Below the pieces are notes generated by a model. That model worked only from the letters and a program-made list of their open reading frames with translations. It had not been told where the DNA came from and did no database searches. The translations under genes and the position numbers were made by a program. Positions 40,006 through 50,822 of a stretch of 64,000 nucleotides of DNA are shown here, one piece after another. Every line of letters begins with the position of its first letter. Positions within the stretch are counted from its first letter, which is position 1. The DNA is from a virus, in the IMG/VR virus record IMGVR_UViG_3300031973_001557, positions 1 through 64,000 of that record; one strand, written 5' to 3'.

Positions 40006-43000
40006 ATGCCACAAAGAACAGCTCATTCAGATAGTTTTAAGCATATAATTGGTCAAGGTTTTGCATTAGATGTACAAAAAGCATTAAATAATAAGCAAAG
40101 GTTAATGGCTATTAAAGGTGATGCTCATAATCAATATTTTAATAATAATAGTCCTTGGATAAAATTAGCATCATCAGTAAAAGTCCTTGCAGATAATAAT
40201 GGAAAAAATAAACTTATAAGCGCTGGCTTACCACCTAATACATTTTTAGGTAATAAACTAGCAACTAATTTTTATTTATTTTCTGAAATGAAAGCTGGTA
40301 GGGCTGAAAGAGAAACAGTAACTGTTGGGGATCTTTATAATGCTACACCTTCATTAATTCAAAAAGGAGCTGAATTTTTACTAGGAGAGGACATAACAAA
40401 TAAAATAAGTAATAGTGAGATAGGATTGTACTCACACGGTCCAACAACATTTTACAGTTCAGGTAAAAATGCAGGTATTGCTGGTAGACATGGAGGTAGC
40501 TTTACTAGTGCTTATGGATTCGGAGATTTAGAGTTTGGTATTAGACCACTACCAGGTATAACAGATTTACAAATTGAAACATTAGGAAATAATGGTAGTT
40601 TAAGAAAAGCAACTCTAAAAATAAAAGCATTTAATAAAATGCAATTTAATATAATTGAATTATTATATTTAAGATTAGGATTTCATGTATTAGTTGAATT
40701 TGGAAATAGACTTTATATAAAAAATAACTTATCGGTCGGTAATGTAGGTACGACTTTAATGGAACAAAAATGGTTTGGGGATGAAAACTTTGTAGATCTT
40801 AATGATCCTGGATTAATAGGTATAGGTCAACAAATAGCACAATTAAATGAAGATATTGTAATCCAAGGTGCTAATTTAGAAAGAGCACAAAGTGAGTTTG
40901 ATGCAGCCGAAAACTTGAGAAATGTAGCATCTGATGCAATAGATGAGTCATATAAAAAAGATTATGAAGCTGCCTTGAGATATGCACAGGAGGTTACTGC
41001 AGGAGAAGGACATTATCGATTATTATATAATTATAAAGATTCTGATGAACAACGATCAGCCGATTTAATAGAGTACTTAGAAATGAGAGTTGAAATGATG
41101 AAAGAAAACGATTGGCGGGAAAGTTCAATTGAGTATACATCAAGACAACTCGAAGCAGCTCAAGAATATAATACCTTACTTGTACAGGAAAGGAAAAATG
41201 AAGAGGAAGCTAAAATTGAAGCTGAAAAACTAGAAGAAGCACAAGAAGCAATAAATAATTTAAGTTCACAAATACAAGAATTACAAGAAGATATAGGAAC
41301 TGAAATAAACGATTATTTAGATGATCTTAATAAAGATATTAATAGTTTAAGAAAAACTTATAATTATGATTATGATGGATTTATTGGTAGAGTAACTAAT
41401 TTTGATTGGAATATTGATACCAATGGAGTATATAATATTACAGTAGAAGTATTTAGTGCCGGTGACGTACTACAATCATTAACAGTTAATGGTAAAAATA
41501 GTATTGTAGGACCATTTGAATCACAATCAGATTTAGATGGTAGTAATCCATTAAATGTAACCAAAGATAGTAGTGATCTTGTAACAGCTTTAAATAATTT
41601 AGCAACATTAGCTAGAGGATATACAGTACAAGATGAAGAAGAATTTGTAAGAAGTCAATTAAGTGCATATACATTAAGAGCCTTAACAGGAGATACTCAA
41701 GAAGGGGATCCAAGTGTAAATCTTGCTGAAGATACAACTCAAGGTTCTATCGAACAAGCTACTTTAATTGCAAAACAACCAGGCTTTTCTGGGAATAACT
41801 ACATGAGCGGATATGCTAGTTTTGGCGGCACAGAGGCAAAAAGATCTCCTATATTGTATACTAATAGAATACAAACTATAATAAAAATTATTGGTGGAAC
41901 TAGAGAAGAACAATTTGGGGAATTAGGCACTGCATCAGGAGGAGGCTTTTATACCACAGATCCAGGATTTGAAGTAGTAAAAGTAAAAAGTAACGGAAAT
42001 GGAGTAGCATCTAATTCATTTTATATTACTTTAAAATTTTATTTACAATTAATACAAGCAATTTGTTTACCAAAAAGTACACCACATGGTTCACTAGGAA
42101 CCCCTTTCATACGTATCTTAACTGAAAGAGGAAAATATTTATTTACTAGTCATAATATGTTGGCATCTAGTAAACCAAGTATATGTGTGGTTTCTACTGA
42201 ATTTGATATTGGAAGTCTCTTAGATAGTGCAGGAGGTAAATTATTTGTTCCACCATCTTCACCTAGAGCATTATCAATATTAAGTGATAAAGGATCAGGA
42301 AAGAATTTTTTTGCTGATTATCGAGTAATAAAAGATGATGTAGTATATGGTGATATTATGAATATCTATCTTAATATGGATTTTTTAGCTAAATCACTAT
42401 TAGAAGAAGATACTAACGATCTTGGTAATGTAAATTTTTTACAACATATATCTAGAATTTGCAAAGGAATAAACGATTCATTTGGCAATACTACCCAAAT
42501 AGATTTTAAAGTAGATGAAGATAGAAATGTATGTTATTTTGTAGATAAAAAATCTTTACCAAATTTAAACGGATTATTATCAGAGGCAAATAAACCAACT
42601 AATCCATATATTTTTAATATAAACGGATTTGCTAATGCTCAAGGCTTAGGTCTTGTTGGTAATATAGTAAGAAATTTTAACTTAAAATCTACAATACCTC
42701 CTGATTTAGCTACACTAATAACCGTAGGAGCTAATCAAGCAGGAAGTGGTGCTACAGGTGGATTTGATGGTACATCTTTTTCTAAATGGAATAGTGGATT
42801 AAGTGATAGAGTAGTACCAACTCGATTTATAGAAGGATTTAATCCTACCACTGGTAATTTAGCTACTATACAAAAGCGTAATAAAATTTATATAGAATAT
42901 TTATCAGCTTTAGAAAAACTATATAATGTTGAATTAGATGATGAAAAAGATGTTGATGTAACTGTATCATATAAAACTTTTTTATGGGCAGAATGGGGAC

Positions 43001-44268
43001 ACGAAGTATCTGCAATTGATATTGATACTGATAAAAATATTTACCAAGGAGTAAATTTAAACGTAGAAGCAGGTGTATCAGATATACAAAGAAGTGCTTT
43101 AGGAACTGCTTATGCTAAGATGGCTTTAGATGGACAAGTAGCTGCACCACTAGCTGGGTTTTTACCTATAGATTTAGCTTTAACTTTTAATGGAACTTCA
43201 GGTATGAAAATATTTGAAACTTATACTGTACCAGCTAAATTTCTCCCTGCCACATATCCTAATGTATTAAATTTTATAGCAAAAAAAATTACCCATAGTA
43301 TTAACGATAAAGGATGGTTAACTAAATTAAATAGCTTTAGTATACCAGTACCTCCAGATTCTGAAACTGCTAGAACATTTTTATCTAATCCTGGTAATTT
43401 AAGTTTAAATTATAAAGATTTTAATAATAATTCTTCTCCTACACCTCAGGGTGAATATAGCTCAACAACATCTAATACTACTGATAGGACTAGAGTTACT
43501 CGCGATAGAGCAAATAAAGGAGGAAGAATTGGATATACCGACTATACTTTACCTGATATATTTGTTTTTCCTATTGGAGGTATAAAATGGAATATAGGAT
43601 ATGATGCATTTGAAAAAATATATAGAAACGATACATCAGTAGTAGATCGAAGTCAGCCTGCATGGATTGGTCCTGCTGATATGCAACCAACTAAAATTAA
43701 GCATGTAAGTGATTTTCATATTGGAGGAGGCGATGCATCCCATAGAGCACATGGAGGTCATTTTGGAATAGATATATTTTGCCCTATAGGATCTGATGCT
43801 CCATTAGTAGCTTGCTCTCCTGGTAAAATTGTAGAAACTGGTTATAGTGGTGGGCCTGGTAATTATGTTAAACTAGTAGAACCTGATACTAATATTTGTT
43901 ATTTTTATATGCATTTAGAGGAACCATGCAAATTGGCTGTTGGTACACAAGTTGAAGCAGGTGATTTTTTAGGAAATGCAGGAAAAAGCGGATCTGCTGG
44001 AGGAGGATATGCTCACTTACATTTTAATGTACAAGTAGGAGCGGATGGGTATCATAGCAGATCTATTAATTCATTTTATTGGTTATTAATGTTAGATAAA
44101 AGAATACGTAAATTAAATTTACAAGTCGATAAAACTATGCTACAAAGTCAGATTGATGATAATAAAGATAAATTATTAGCTAGAAATAAAAGATTAACTG
44201 ATAAAGGTATGTATTGGTTTAAATATATATCACCCTTGGAGATACCGTCTAATTATAATGCCGCATAA
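40006..44268 (+). CDS. Baseplate hub protein with C-terminal M23 peptidase
   Basis: Hub-like N-terminal region with a coiled-coil insert; HFGIDIF (HxxxD), YMHL, AHLHF. Confidence 0.8.
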   Translation: MPQRTAHSDSFKHIIGQGFALDVQKALNNKQRLMAIKGDAHNQYFNNNSPWIKLASSVKVLADNNGKNKLISAGLPPNTFLGNKLATNFYLFSEMKAGRAERETVTVGDLYNATPSLIQKGAEFLLGEDITNKISNSEIGLYSHGPTTFYSSGKNAGIAGRHGGSFTSAYGFGDLEFGIRPLPGITDLQIETLGNNGSLRKATLKIKAFNKMQFNIIELLYLRLGFHVLVEFGNRLYIKNNLSVGNVGTTLMEQKWFGDENFVDLNDPGLIGIGQQIAQLNEDIVIQGANLERAQSEFDAAENLRNVASDAIDESYKKDYEAALRYAQEVTAGEGHYRLLYNYKDSDEQRSADLIEYLEMRVEMMKENDWRESSIEYTSRQLEAAQEYNTLLVQERKNEEEAKIEAEKLEEAQEAINNLSSQIQELQEDIGTEINDYLDDLNKDINSLRKTYNYDYDGFIGRVTNFDWNIDTNGVYNITVEVFSAGDVLQSLTVNGKNSIVGPFESQSDLDGSNPLNVTKDSSDLVTALNNLATLARGYTVQDEEEFVRSQLSAYTLRALTGDTQEGDPSVNLAEDTTQGSIEQATLIAKQPGFSGNNYMSGYASFGGTEAKRSPILYTNRIQTIIKIIGGTREEQFGELGTASGGGFYTTDPGFEVVKVKSNGNGVASNSFYITLKFYLQLIQAICLPKSTPHGSLGTPFIRILTERGKYLFTSHNMLASSKPSICVVSTEFDIGSLLDSAGGKLFVPPSSPRALSILSDKGSGKNFFADYRVIKDDVVYGDIMNIYLNMDFLAKSLLEEDTNDLGNVNFLQHISRICKGINDSFGNTTQIDFKVDEDRNVCYFVDKKSLPNLNGLLSEANKPTNPYIFNINGFANAQGLGLVGNIVRNFNLKSTIPPDLATLITVGANQAGSGATGGFDGTSFSKWNSGLSDRVVPTRFIEGFNPTTGNLATIQKRNKIYIEYLSALEKLYNVELDDEKDVDVTVSYKTFLWAEWGHEVSAIDIDTDKNIYQGVNLNVEAGVSDIQRSALGTAYAKMALDGQVAAPLAGFLPIDLALTFNGTSGMKIFETYTVPAKFLPATYPNVLNFIAKKITHSINDKGWLTKLNSFSIPVPPDSETARTFLSNPGNLSLNYKDFNNNSSPTPQGEYSSTTSNTTDRTRVTRDRANKGGRIGYTDYTLPDIFVFPIGGIKWNIGYDAFEKIYRNDTSVVDRSQPAWIGPADMQPTKIKHVSDFHIGGGDASHRAHGGHFGIDIFCPIGSDAPLVACSPGKIVETGYSGGPGNYVKLVEPDTNICYFYMHLEEPCKLAVGTQVEAGDFLGNAGKSGSAGGGYAHLHFNVQVGADGYHSRSINSFYWLLMLDKRIRKLNLQVDKTMLQSQIDDNKDKLLARNKRLTDKGMYWFKYISPLEIPSNYNAA

Positions 44269-44278
44269 CTAAAAAAAT

Positions 44279-44995
44279 ATGAGTCAACAAATTATTTCAT
44301 ATGGCAGCATTGAAGAGCAAAATGATTATTACTATGTTAATAATAATAGTAATGATTATTTTTGTATAGCTTTTAGCGATTATAATACTAAAGCTGTTCG
44401 ATATTATAATGAATTTATAAAAAAGTATAATAATTTACCAAAGGATAAAGATGCTAGTATACAACATTTTAATACTATTCAAAATTGGTTAGTATTAAAT
44501 TATAATTATGCTTCTAACGGAAGCTTTTCAAACGTGCTTAAACAAATTAATAAAAGAGCACAAATATTATTATTATTTGGATGGGGTAGAGGAGCAAAAA
44601 ATTTATGGAAATATTTATTGTTAAATAAATTACCAATACTATTATTAGATCCAGAATTAAATGAACAAGATTTAGAATATTATAAATCAATGTCTAATAA
44701 GCAAAGAAATATGACTATTATTAATTGTAATAGTGATAATTGGAATAATAATAAACAAATACAAAGACAATTAAGAATATTAGAAAATAATTATCAAAAT
44801 TTTGATAATTCCTTAATAAAACAGCCCAATAATAACGGCCTATCAGCAACTCATAATTTAATCGGTCAACCATTATTTAATAATAATATAATCATAAAAG
44901 CTTATGATGCTGTATTGAATACATCTTACTATAGAGATAAAGTAAAAATTTATGATCTACAAGAAGATAGATATATAAGAAGATATAATATTTAA
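44279..44995 (+). CDS. Hypothetical Asn-rich protein (degenerate alpha/beta-hydrolase-like)
   Basis: LFGWGRGA followed by LLLDP. Confidence 0.55.
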   Translation: MSQQIISYGSIEEQNDYYYVNNNSNDYFCIAFSDYNTKAVRYYNEFIKKYNNLPKDKDASIQHFNTIQNWLVLNYNYASNGSFSNVLKQINKRAQILLLFGWGRGAKNLWKYLLLNKLPILLLDPELNEQDLEYYKSMSNKQRNMTIINCNSDNWNNNKQIQRQLRILENNYQNFDNSLIKQPNNNGLSATHNLIGQPLFNNNIIIKAYDAVLNTSYYRDKVKIYDLQEDRYIRRYNI

Positions 44996-44996
44996 A

Positions 44997-46067
44997 ATGA
45001 GATTACCAAAAAGTATAATAGAAGAAAATTTGCATACTAAAAACTTTGCTCCTTTATATACTGGAGCAGGGGAAAGATATCAAGGTCCTGTATTTAGACT
45101 TATTACAGGTGAATTATTTACTGGGGCTACTGTAGAAAATACAACCGCAAAATTATACTATAAAGATGGTGGATTACTTACAACCTCAGCAAAAGCTCCT
45201 AAAGATGATTTTCCACATGGTAAAACACAATATCTATTCACGGAACGTAATAATGAAGAATATTTTGCAAGTAAAAAAAGTACTAATAAAGGTGGATTTA
45301 TAAAAGATTATATTGATAATGAAGTATTTATTCCACATGAAAACACTTCTTCTCCTACATCATATGATTATTTAAAAGGTAATATGATAAGATTTATAGC
45401 TAAAAGTAATTATAATAACATATATTATTTTACTACATTAGATTCTTATAAAACATTTAAAAGTGAATTACAATCAAATAATAGAAAATATTTAAGCTTA
45501 TTTAATATAAAAAATACTATATGGTATATAAGAGCTAATTCTAGAGAAGATGTAATAAAAATAAATGAATACTATACTAATGAGCTAAAGAAAAATATAT
45601 CTTTTAGAGATATAAATAGATATATTAATGATACTAATTATGATGAATTCTATAGAGATAAAAATGAACAATTATACACAGCAGGTAACGAACTAATATA
45701 TGATAATGGTTTAAATTATAGAGGCCTTTATCATATACATCCTGATAAGGGTCCTATGGAAGGACCTATTCATACTTCAAATAGACATAAACAACTTTTT
45801 ATTAAAAATAGAAAAGGTAGCTTAGAAGCAGGAATTCAAAATTTAGCTAATGTTAAAGCATTAAATAAAATTTTAAAATTTTTAACTATTAATAATATAG
45901 GAGGTAAAAGTGGAAGCAGTCCCTCTACACAACAACTTATAGATAGTTATAGATCTCAAGAACAACAATTAAATACTCCAGTAACACCAGCACCACAAAT
46001 AACTCAACCAGCTCCCCCACCTGCTGGAGGCGGAGGAGGATCTTACAGTGGAGGAGGTGGTTATTAG
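44997..46067 (+). CDS. Hypothetical virion-associated protein
   Basis: Repeated LYT.G..Y.G module, YHIHPDKGPMEG, Pro/Gly tail. Confidence 0.65.
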   Translation: MRLPKSIIEENLHTKNFAPLYTGAGERYQGPVFRLITGELFTGATVENTTAKLYYKDGGLLTTSAKAPKDDFPHGKTQYLFTERNNEEYFASKKSTNKGGFIKDYIDNEVFIPHENTSSPTSYDYLKGNMIRFIAKSNYNNIYYFTTLDSYKTFKSELQSNNRKYLSLFNIKNTIWYIRANSREDVIKINEYYTNELKKNISFRDINRYINDTNYDEFYRDKNEQLYTAGNELIYDNGLNYRGLYHIHPDKGPMEGPIHTSNRHKQLFIKNRKGSLEAGIQNLANVKALNKILKFLTINNIGGKSGSSPSTQQLIDSYRSQEQQLNTPVTPAPQITQPAPPPAGGGGGSYSGGGGY

Positions 46068-46073
46068 AGATAT

Positions 46074-46087
46074 TTTTCGTATCTTTA
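46074..46087 (+). promoter_or_regulatory. Putative early/middle promoter at the start of the replication module
   Basis: TTTTCGTATCTTTA; similar motifs at 816, 47278, 55909 and 59265. Confidence 0.55.
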
Positions 46088-46090
46088 AGT

Positions 46091-47347
46091 ATGTACTGGT
46101 TAATAGAGAATAAAAAACAGTTTAATACTTTTAAAAATATAGTAAAAGATAATCTCTATATTGAAATAATACCTGACTTTTTTAATGAGCATCCCTGTCA
46201 ACAAAATATTGTTGGATATTATATTAGACCTATTACTGATAAAAAAGGATATATTTTACCTATAAATCATTACGAAACTGGTAATTTATTACAAAAAAAT
46301 ATTATTGATTTTCTTAAAGGAATATCTAAGTTTTACTGTTATGATAAAAAGAAACTATTACATAACTTTAAACATAGAAATCTATTTGATATACAAATAA
46401 ATTACAAAGAATTACAAATAGATTATCCATTAATTATACAAGATTTTCAAAGGAGAAAAATATCTAACTCAAACTGCTCTATAGTAAAGATATATGAGTA
46501 CTACGAAGCTAAGTATGAGGAGATTAGTGAGCATATTGATAATGATTATAATTCATTTTATAATAATAAAGTACCTCTAGTATTCTCAGTTATTGAGTCA
46601 AGTGGTATAAAAATAAATAAACAGTTATTTGAAAAACATTTTTATGAAAACGAAGAAGATTTTGTTTTTACTCAGTATAACTATACTACTATAACTACTC
46701 GACCATCTAATACATTTAAGAAAGTAAATTATGCAGCTCTAAATAAAGATAATGGCAGTAGGAGTTGTTTTATACCAAGAAATGATTATTTTGTAGAAAT
46801 AGATGTTTCATCTTATCATATACTTCTACTGTGTCAGTTACTTAAATATGAATTTGAGGTAGAAGATATACATGAATATTTTGCATCTGTATATCAAACA
46901 TCGTATGATAAAGCAAAACAATTAACTTTTCAACAAATATATGGAGGAATAAAATCTGAATACGAACATATACCTTTCTTTCAGAAAGTAAAAAACTATT
47001 CAAATAATCTATGGTCTGAATTTAATTCAAAAGGTTATATAGAATGCCCAATATCTAATTATAAATTTTCAAAGAAAGATCATCCGCAAATGAATTCATT
47101 AAAATTAATGAATTATTTATTGCAAAATTTGGAAACTTCAAATAATGTTCTTATCTTATATGATATCTTGAAACTATTGCGAGGTAAACAAACTAAGGTT
47201 GTTTTATATACCTATGATAGTATATTATTAGATGTAGATAAAAAAGAAGAGAAAATAGTAGAGAAAATTAAAGAAGTTTTTCGTATTTTTAATCTTAAAA
47301 TAAAATGTAAAAATGGTAAAAATTATGGTAATCTTGTAAAATGTTAA
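46091..47347 (+). CDS. Divergent family A DNA polymerase-like protein
   Basis: TTRPSN...NYAAL, motif A-like EIDVSSYH, motif B-like AKQLTFQQIYG, motif C-like YTYDSIL. Confidence 0.78.
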   Translation: MYWLIENKKQFNTFKNIVKDNLYIEIIPDFFNEHPCQQNIVGYYIRPITDKKGYILPINHYETGNLLQKNIIDFLKGISKFYCYDKKKLLHNFKHRNLFDIQINYKELQIDYPLIIQDFQRRKISNSNCSIVKIYEYYEAKYEEISEHIDNDYNSFYNNKVPLVFSVIESSGIKINKQLFEKHFYENEEDFVFTQYNYTTITTRPSNTFKKVNYAALNKDNGSRSCFIPRNDYFVEIDVSSYHILLLCQLLKYEFEVEDIHEYFASVYQTSYDKAKQLTFQQIYGGIKSEYEHIPFFQKVKNYSNNLWSEFNSKGYIECPISNYKFSKKDHPQMNSLKLMNYLLQNLETSNNVLILYDILKLLRGKQTKVVLYTYDSILLDVDKKEEKIVEKIKEVFRIFNLKIKCKNGKNYGNLVKC

Positions 47348-47351
47348 AGTT

Positions 47352-47819
47352 ATGGAGGAGAATTTAGTTATGGAGTCGCAAGTTGATATTTATAATCGAT
47401 ATGATTATGATAAAATCAACAGCGAAGTAGACGTGAATAATAAATTATTTTGTACATTCGTTACTCTTGAGGAATTAGAAGGAAAATTGAAAGATATTAC
47501 TTCTGAGTATGAAATTAAGTACAACAAGTTATTTGTATTATCTGTAGAAGATAGTGAAGAATATGTTATTACATATAATGTAGAAAATGCAAATATTAGT
47601 GCAATTCCTCACAATACTATTTTAGTGCATAGAAAAAAACATACAAATACTTTGTATACGATTAATGCATTAAATGAATTAATTAAAAAATTAAATGGTG
47701 GAGTAGTCGATACTAAATTTCCTATTGAATGGAACCACTATAGAAATACCATCATGCTAACTCAACAAGGTGGTTTAAAAATGTTAAAGACAAAAATATA
47801 TCAAATAATCGAGTTATAA
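47352..47819 (+). CDS. Hypothetical protein (start may be GTG at 47433)
   Basis: NKLFCTF...HRKKHTNTLYTINALN; TATTTATA at 47387 lies upstream of the GTG. Confidence 0.7.
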   Translation: MEENLVMESQVDIYNRYDYDKINSEVDVNNKLFCTFVTLEELEGKLKDITSEYEIKYNKLFVLSVEDSEEYVITYNVENANISAIPHNTILVHRKKHTNTLYTINALNELIKKLNGGVVDTKFPIEWNHYRNTIMLTQQGGLKMLKTKIYQIIEL

Positions 47820-47849
47820 TAAATTGTTTCATCTTAAAAAGTTTTAAAA

Positions 47850-48695
47850 ATGGATTTAAACGCAATTCGTCAGAAACTGCAGTCTATGCAGAATCAAGGT
47901 AATGGTCAAGCCAATAATAATAATCGACCAAATTATTTCTGGAAACCTTCTGAAGGTAATTCCAAAGTTAGGATTCTTCCATCAGCATTTAATGCCGCAT
48001 CACCATTCTCAGAAATGAAAATGTATTATGGTATTGGATCTAAAATGATGGTATCACCATTAAACTGGGGAGAGAAAGATCCTATTGCTGAATTTGTAAA
48101 GCAGCTTCGTCAATCTAATAACTCTGAACATTGGAGATTAGCTAAAACTTTAGATCCTAAAGTTCGTATCTATGCTCCTGTAATCGTTCGAGGAGAAGAA
48201 AATGAAGGAGTTAAGCTATGGGGATTCGGTAAAATGGTATATGAATCTCTTCTACAATTAATCTTAGATGAAGAGGTAGGTGATTATACTGATGCATATA
48301 ATGGTCGTGATATTAAAATTAATGTAGTACGTGATCCTAATGGAGGATATCCTAAAACTACTGTACAACCTTCTATGAATCAGTCACCTGTTCATGAAGA
48401 TGCTAAATTAGCAGAAGAGTTTTTACGTACTCAACCTAACCCATTAGAAGTATTCAAACCACTTCCATTTGATACTATGAAGTTAAATCTTCAGAATTAT
48501 ATTAATCCGGACGGAGGAGACACAGAAGCCGATACTGTAGCTACACCAAGCAATGTAACTACAACAGCTCAACCATCAGCTTTTCCACCTCCACCACCTT
48601 CTAATCATTCAGAACCACCTGCCGTAAAGAAAAGTAAAGCAGATATGTTTGATGATTTATTTGAAGAAGAGTCTAAAGAAGAAGCTCCGTTTTAA
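47850..48695 (+). CDS. Single-stranded DNA-binding protein (gp32-like)
   Basis: FWKP...VRILP, GVKLWGFG, GRDI; acidic C-terminus ending in PF. Confidence 0.85.
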   Translation: MDLNAIRQKLQSMQNQGNGQANNNNRPNYFWKPSEGNSKVRILPSAFNAASPFSEMKMYYGIGSKMMVSPLNWGEKDPIAEFVKQLRQSNNSEHWRLAKTLDPKVRIYAPVIVRGEENEGVKLWGFGKMVYESLLQLILDEEVGDYTDAYNGRDIKINVVRDPNGGYPKTTVQPSMNQSPVHEDAKLAEEFLRTQPNPLEVFKPLPFDTMKLNLQNYINPDGGDTEADTVATPSNVTTTAQPSAFPPPPPSNHSEPPAVKKSKADMFDDLFEEESKEEAPF

Positions 48696-48711
48696 TTAAT
48701 AATAGTATTTT

Positions 48712-49785
48712 ATGGCAAAAAGTAAAAAGTCTTTGTCCGAGGCCGTGTCTTCGGAGATCAAGTCGAAATTTGATTTAGGTAAGTTTAAACAAAAGAAAGG
48801 ATTAGCAGGAAATGTAAAGTTTAAAGAACAACAATGGATTCCTCTATCTGATGCTTACCAAGATATACTATCAGTACCTGGTATACCAATGGGACATATC
48901 GTTCTACTAAGAGGGCATTCCGATACTGGTAAAACAACAGCTCTACTCGAAGCAGCTGTATCAGCTCAAAAGCGAGGTATACTTCCTGTTATTATCGTAA
49001 CAGAAATGAAATGGAACTGGGAGCATGCTATGCAAATGGGACTAGAAGTAGAAACTGAAGTAGATGAAGAAACTGGTGAAGTAGTTGGTTACTCTGGAAA
49101 CTTTATCTATGTTGATAGAGAAACTCTAAATACTATTGAAGATGTAGCTGCATTCATTATGGATATTATCGATGAGCAGTCTAATGGTAACTTACCTTAT
49201 GATCTTCTTTTCCTATGGGATTCTATCGGAAGTATTCCTTGCGATCTTTCAGTACGCTCTAATAAGAATAATAACGAATGGAATGCAGGAGCAATGTCAA
49301 CTCAATTTGCAAATAATGTAAATCAGAAAATTGTTCTATCTCGTAAAGAGTCATCTAAATTTACTAATACTTTAGTTTGTATTAATAAGGTATGGGCTAT
49401 GAAGCCGGAATCACCAATGGGTCAACCTAAGCTTATGAATAAAGGAGGTTACTCGATGTGGTATGATGCAACATTCGTAGTTACTTTCGGTAATATTATG
49501 TCTGCTGGTACTTCTAAGATTAAAGCAATTAAAGATGGTAAGCAAGTAGAATTTGCTAAACGAGTAAACGTTCAGGTAGAAAAGAATCATATTAATGGTG
49601 TAACTACAAGAGGAAGAATTATTATGACTCCTCATGGATTTATCAAAGATACTCCTACAGCTCTAAATAACTATAAAAAAGCTAGAGCTCAAGAATGGTC
49701 TGATATTATGGGAGGTTCTACTTTTAATATCGTAGAAGAAGAGCACGATCTAACTGATATCTCAACTTACACACAAGAACCCTGA
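48712..49785 (+). CDS. recA: RecA/UvsX recombinase
   Basis: GHSDTGKT Walker A, WDSIGS, KGG, VEKNH. Confidence 0.85.
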   Translation: MAKSKKSLSEAVSSEIKSKFDLGKFKQKKGLAGNVKFKEQQWIPLSDAYQDILSVPGIPMGHIVLLRGHSDTGKTTALLEAAVSAQKRGILPVIIVTEMKWNWEHAMQMGLEVETEVDEETGEVVGYSGNFIYVDRETLNTIEDVAAFIMDIIDEQSNGNLPYDLLFLWDSIGSIPCDLSVRSNKNNNEWNAGAMSTQFANNVNQKIVLSRKESSKFTNTLVCINKVWAMKPESPMGQPKLMNKGGYSMWYDATFVVTFGNIMSAGTSKIKAIKDGKQVEFAKRVNVQVEKNHINGVTTRGRIIMTPHGFIKDTPTALNNYKKARAQEWSDIMGGSTFNIVEEEHDLTDISTYTQEP

Positions 49786-49790
49786 ATTAC

Positions 49791-50822
49791 ATGGAATACT
49801 TGGATATCTTAAATAACATTAACGAAGAGGATCAAGAAATTAGATTAAAACCTCATGATAGAGTTTTAATTATTGATGGCTTGAACTTATTCTTTCGTAA
49901 CTTTGCAACTATTAACTTAACTAATAATAATGGAGCACATATTGGAGGTCTAGGAGGATTTCTAAGATCAATGGGTACTTTGATTAATAAAGTACAACCA
50001 ACTTCAATATATGTTATTTTTGATGGTAAAGGTTCTACTGTAAATAGAAAGAATATAAATCCTGATTATAAAGCAAATAGAAATATCAATAGGATTACTA
50101 ATTGGGATTCATTTGATTCTTTAGAAGATGAGCATGAGTCTAAATTAGATCAACTATTAAGATTAGTTCAATATCTTAAATTACTACCAGTAAAAATATT
50201 ATCTTTTGATAAAGCAGAAGCTGATGATATTATATCAGTTTTATGTAATCAATTATCATACGATAAGAATAAATTATTCATAGTATCATCAGATAAAGAT
50301 TTCCTACAATTAGTAGATGATCATATTGTAGTGTATAGACCTACAGAGAAGAAGTTTTATACTTATGAAGATGTAGAAAGTTCATTTAATATTAAGCCGG
50401 AAAACTTTTTATTATATAAATGCTTACTCGGAGATAATTCCGATAATGTAAAAGGTATAAAAGGTCTCGGTAAAAAAACGCTAGCAAAGAGATTACCTGA
50501 ATTAGCCAATGAGGAAATACATTTAGGTAAGCTTCATAGTATATGTGAAGAGAAATTAACTACTAATATCTCATATGCTAGAATCTTAGATGATTTTAAT
50601 ACTATAGAAAAGAATTATAAGATAATGAATCTTAAAGATCCTATGGTCACCGAACAACAGATTCAGGGAGTAAAAGAAATAATTGCACATAAAGAATTAA
50701 ATTATTACCCTGATGAGTTTGAAAGTTTGCATAATGTTGATAAATTAGGTAATCTGATTAGGAATCCACAACATTGGTTTAATCAGTATTTTAATCAAAT
50801 TTATAAAATTAGTAAACAATGA
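49791..50822 (+). CDS. 5'-3' exonuclease / RNase H (FEN family)
   Basis: IDGLN, FDG, YKANR, EADD, SSDKDFLQL, GDNSDNVKGIKGLG. Confidence 0.93.
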   Translation: MEYLDILNNINEEDQEIRLKPHDRVLIIDGLNLFFRNFATINLTNNNGAHIGGLGGFLRSMGTLINKVQPTSIYVIFDGKGSTVNRKNINPDYKANRNINRITNWDSFDSLEDEHESKLDQLLRLVQYLKLLPVKILSFDKAEADDIISVLCNQLSYDKNKLFIVSSDKDFLQLVDDHIVVYRPTEKKFYTYEDVESSFNIKPENFLLYKCLLGDNSDNVKGIKGLGKKTLAKRLPELANEEIHLGKLHSICEEKLTTNISYARILDDFNTIEKNYKIMNLKDPMVTEQQIQGVKEIIAHKELNYYPDEFESLHNVDKLGNLIRNPQHWFNQYFNQIYKISKQ

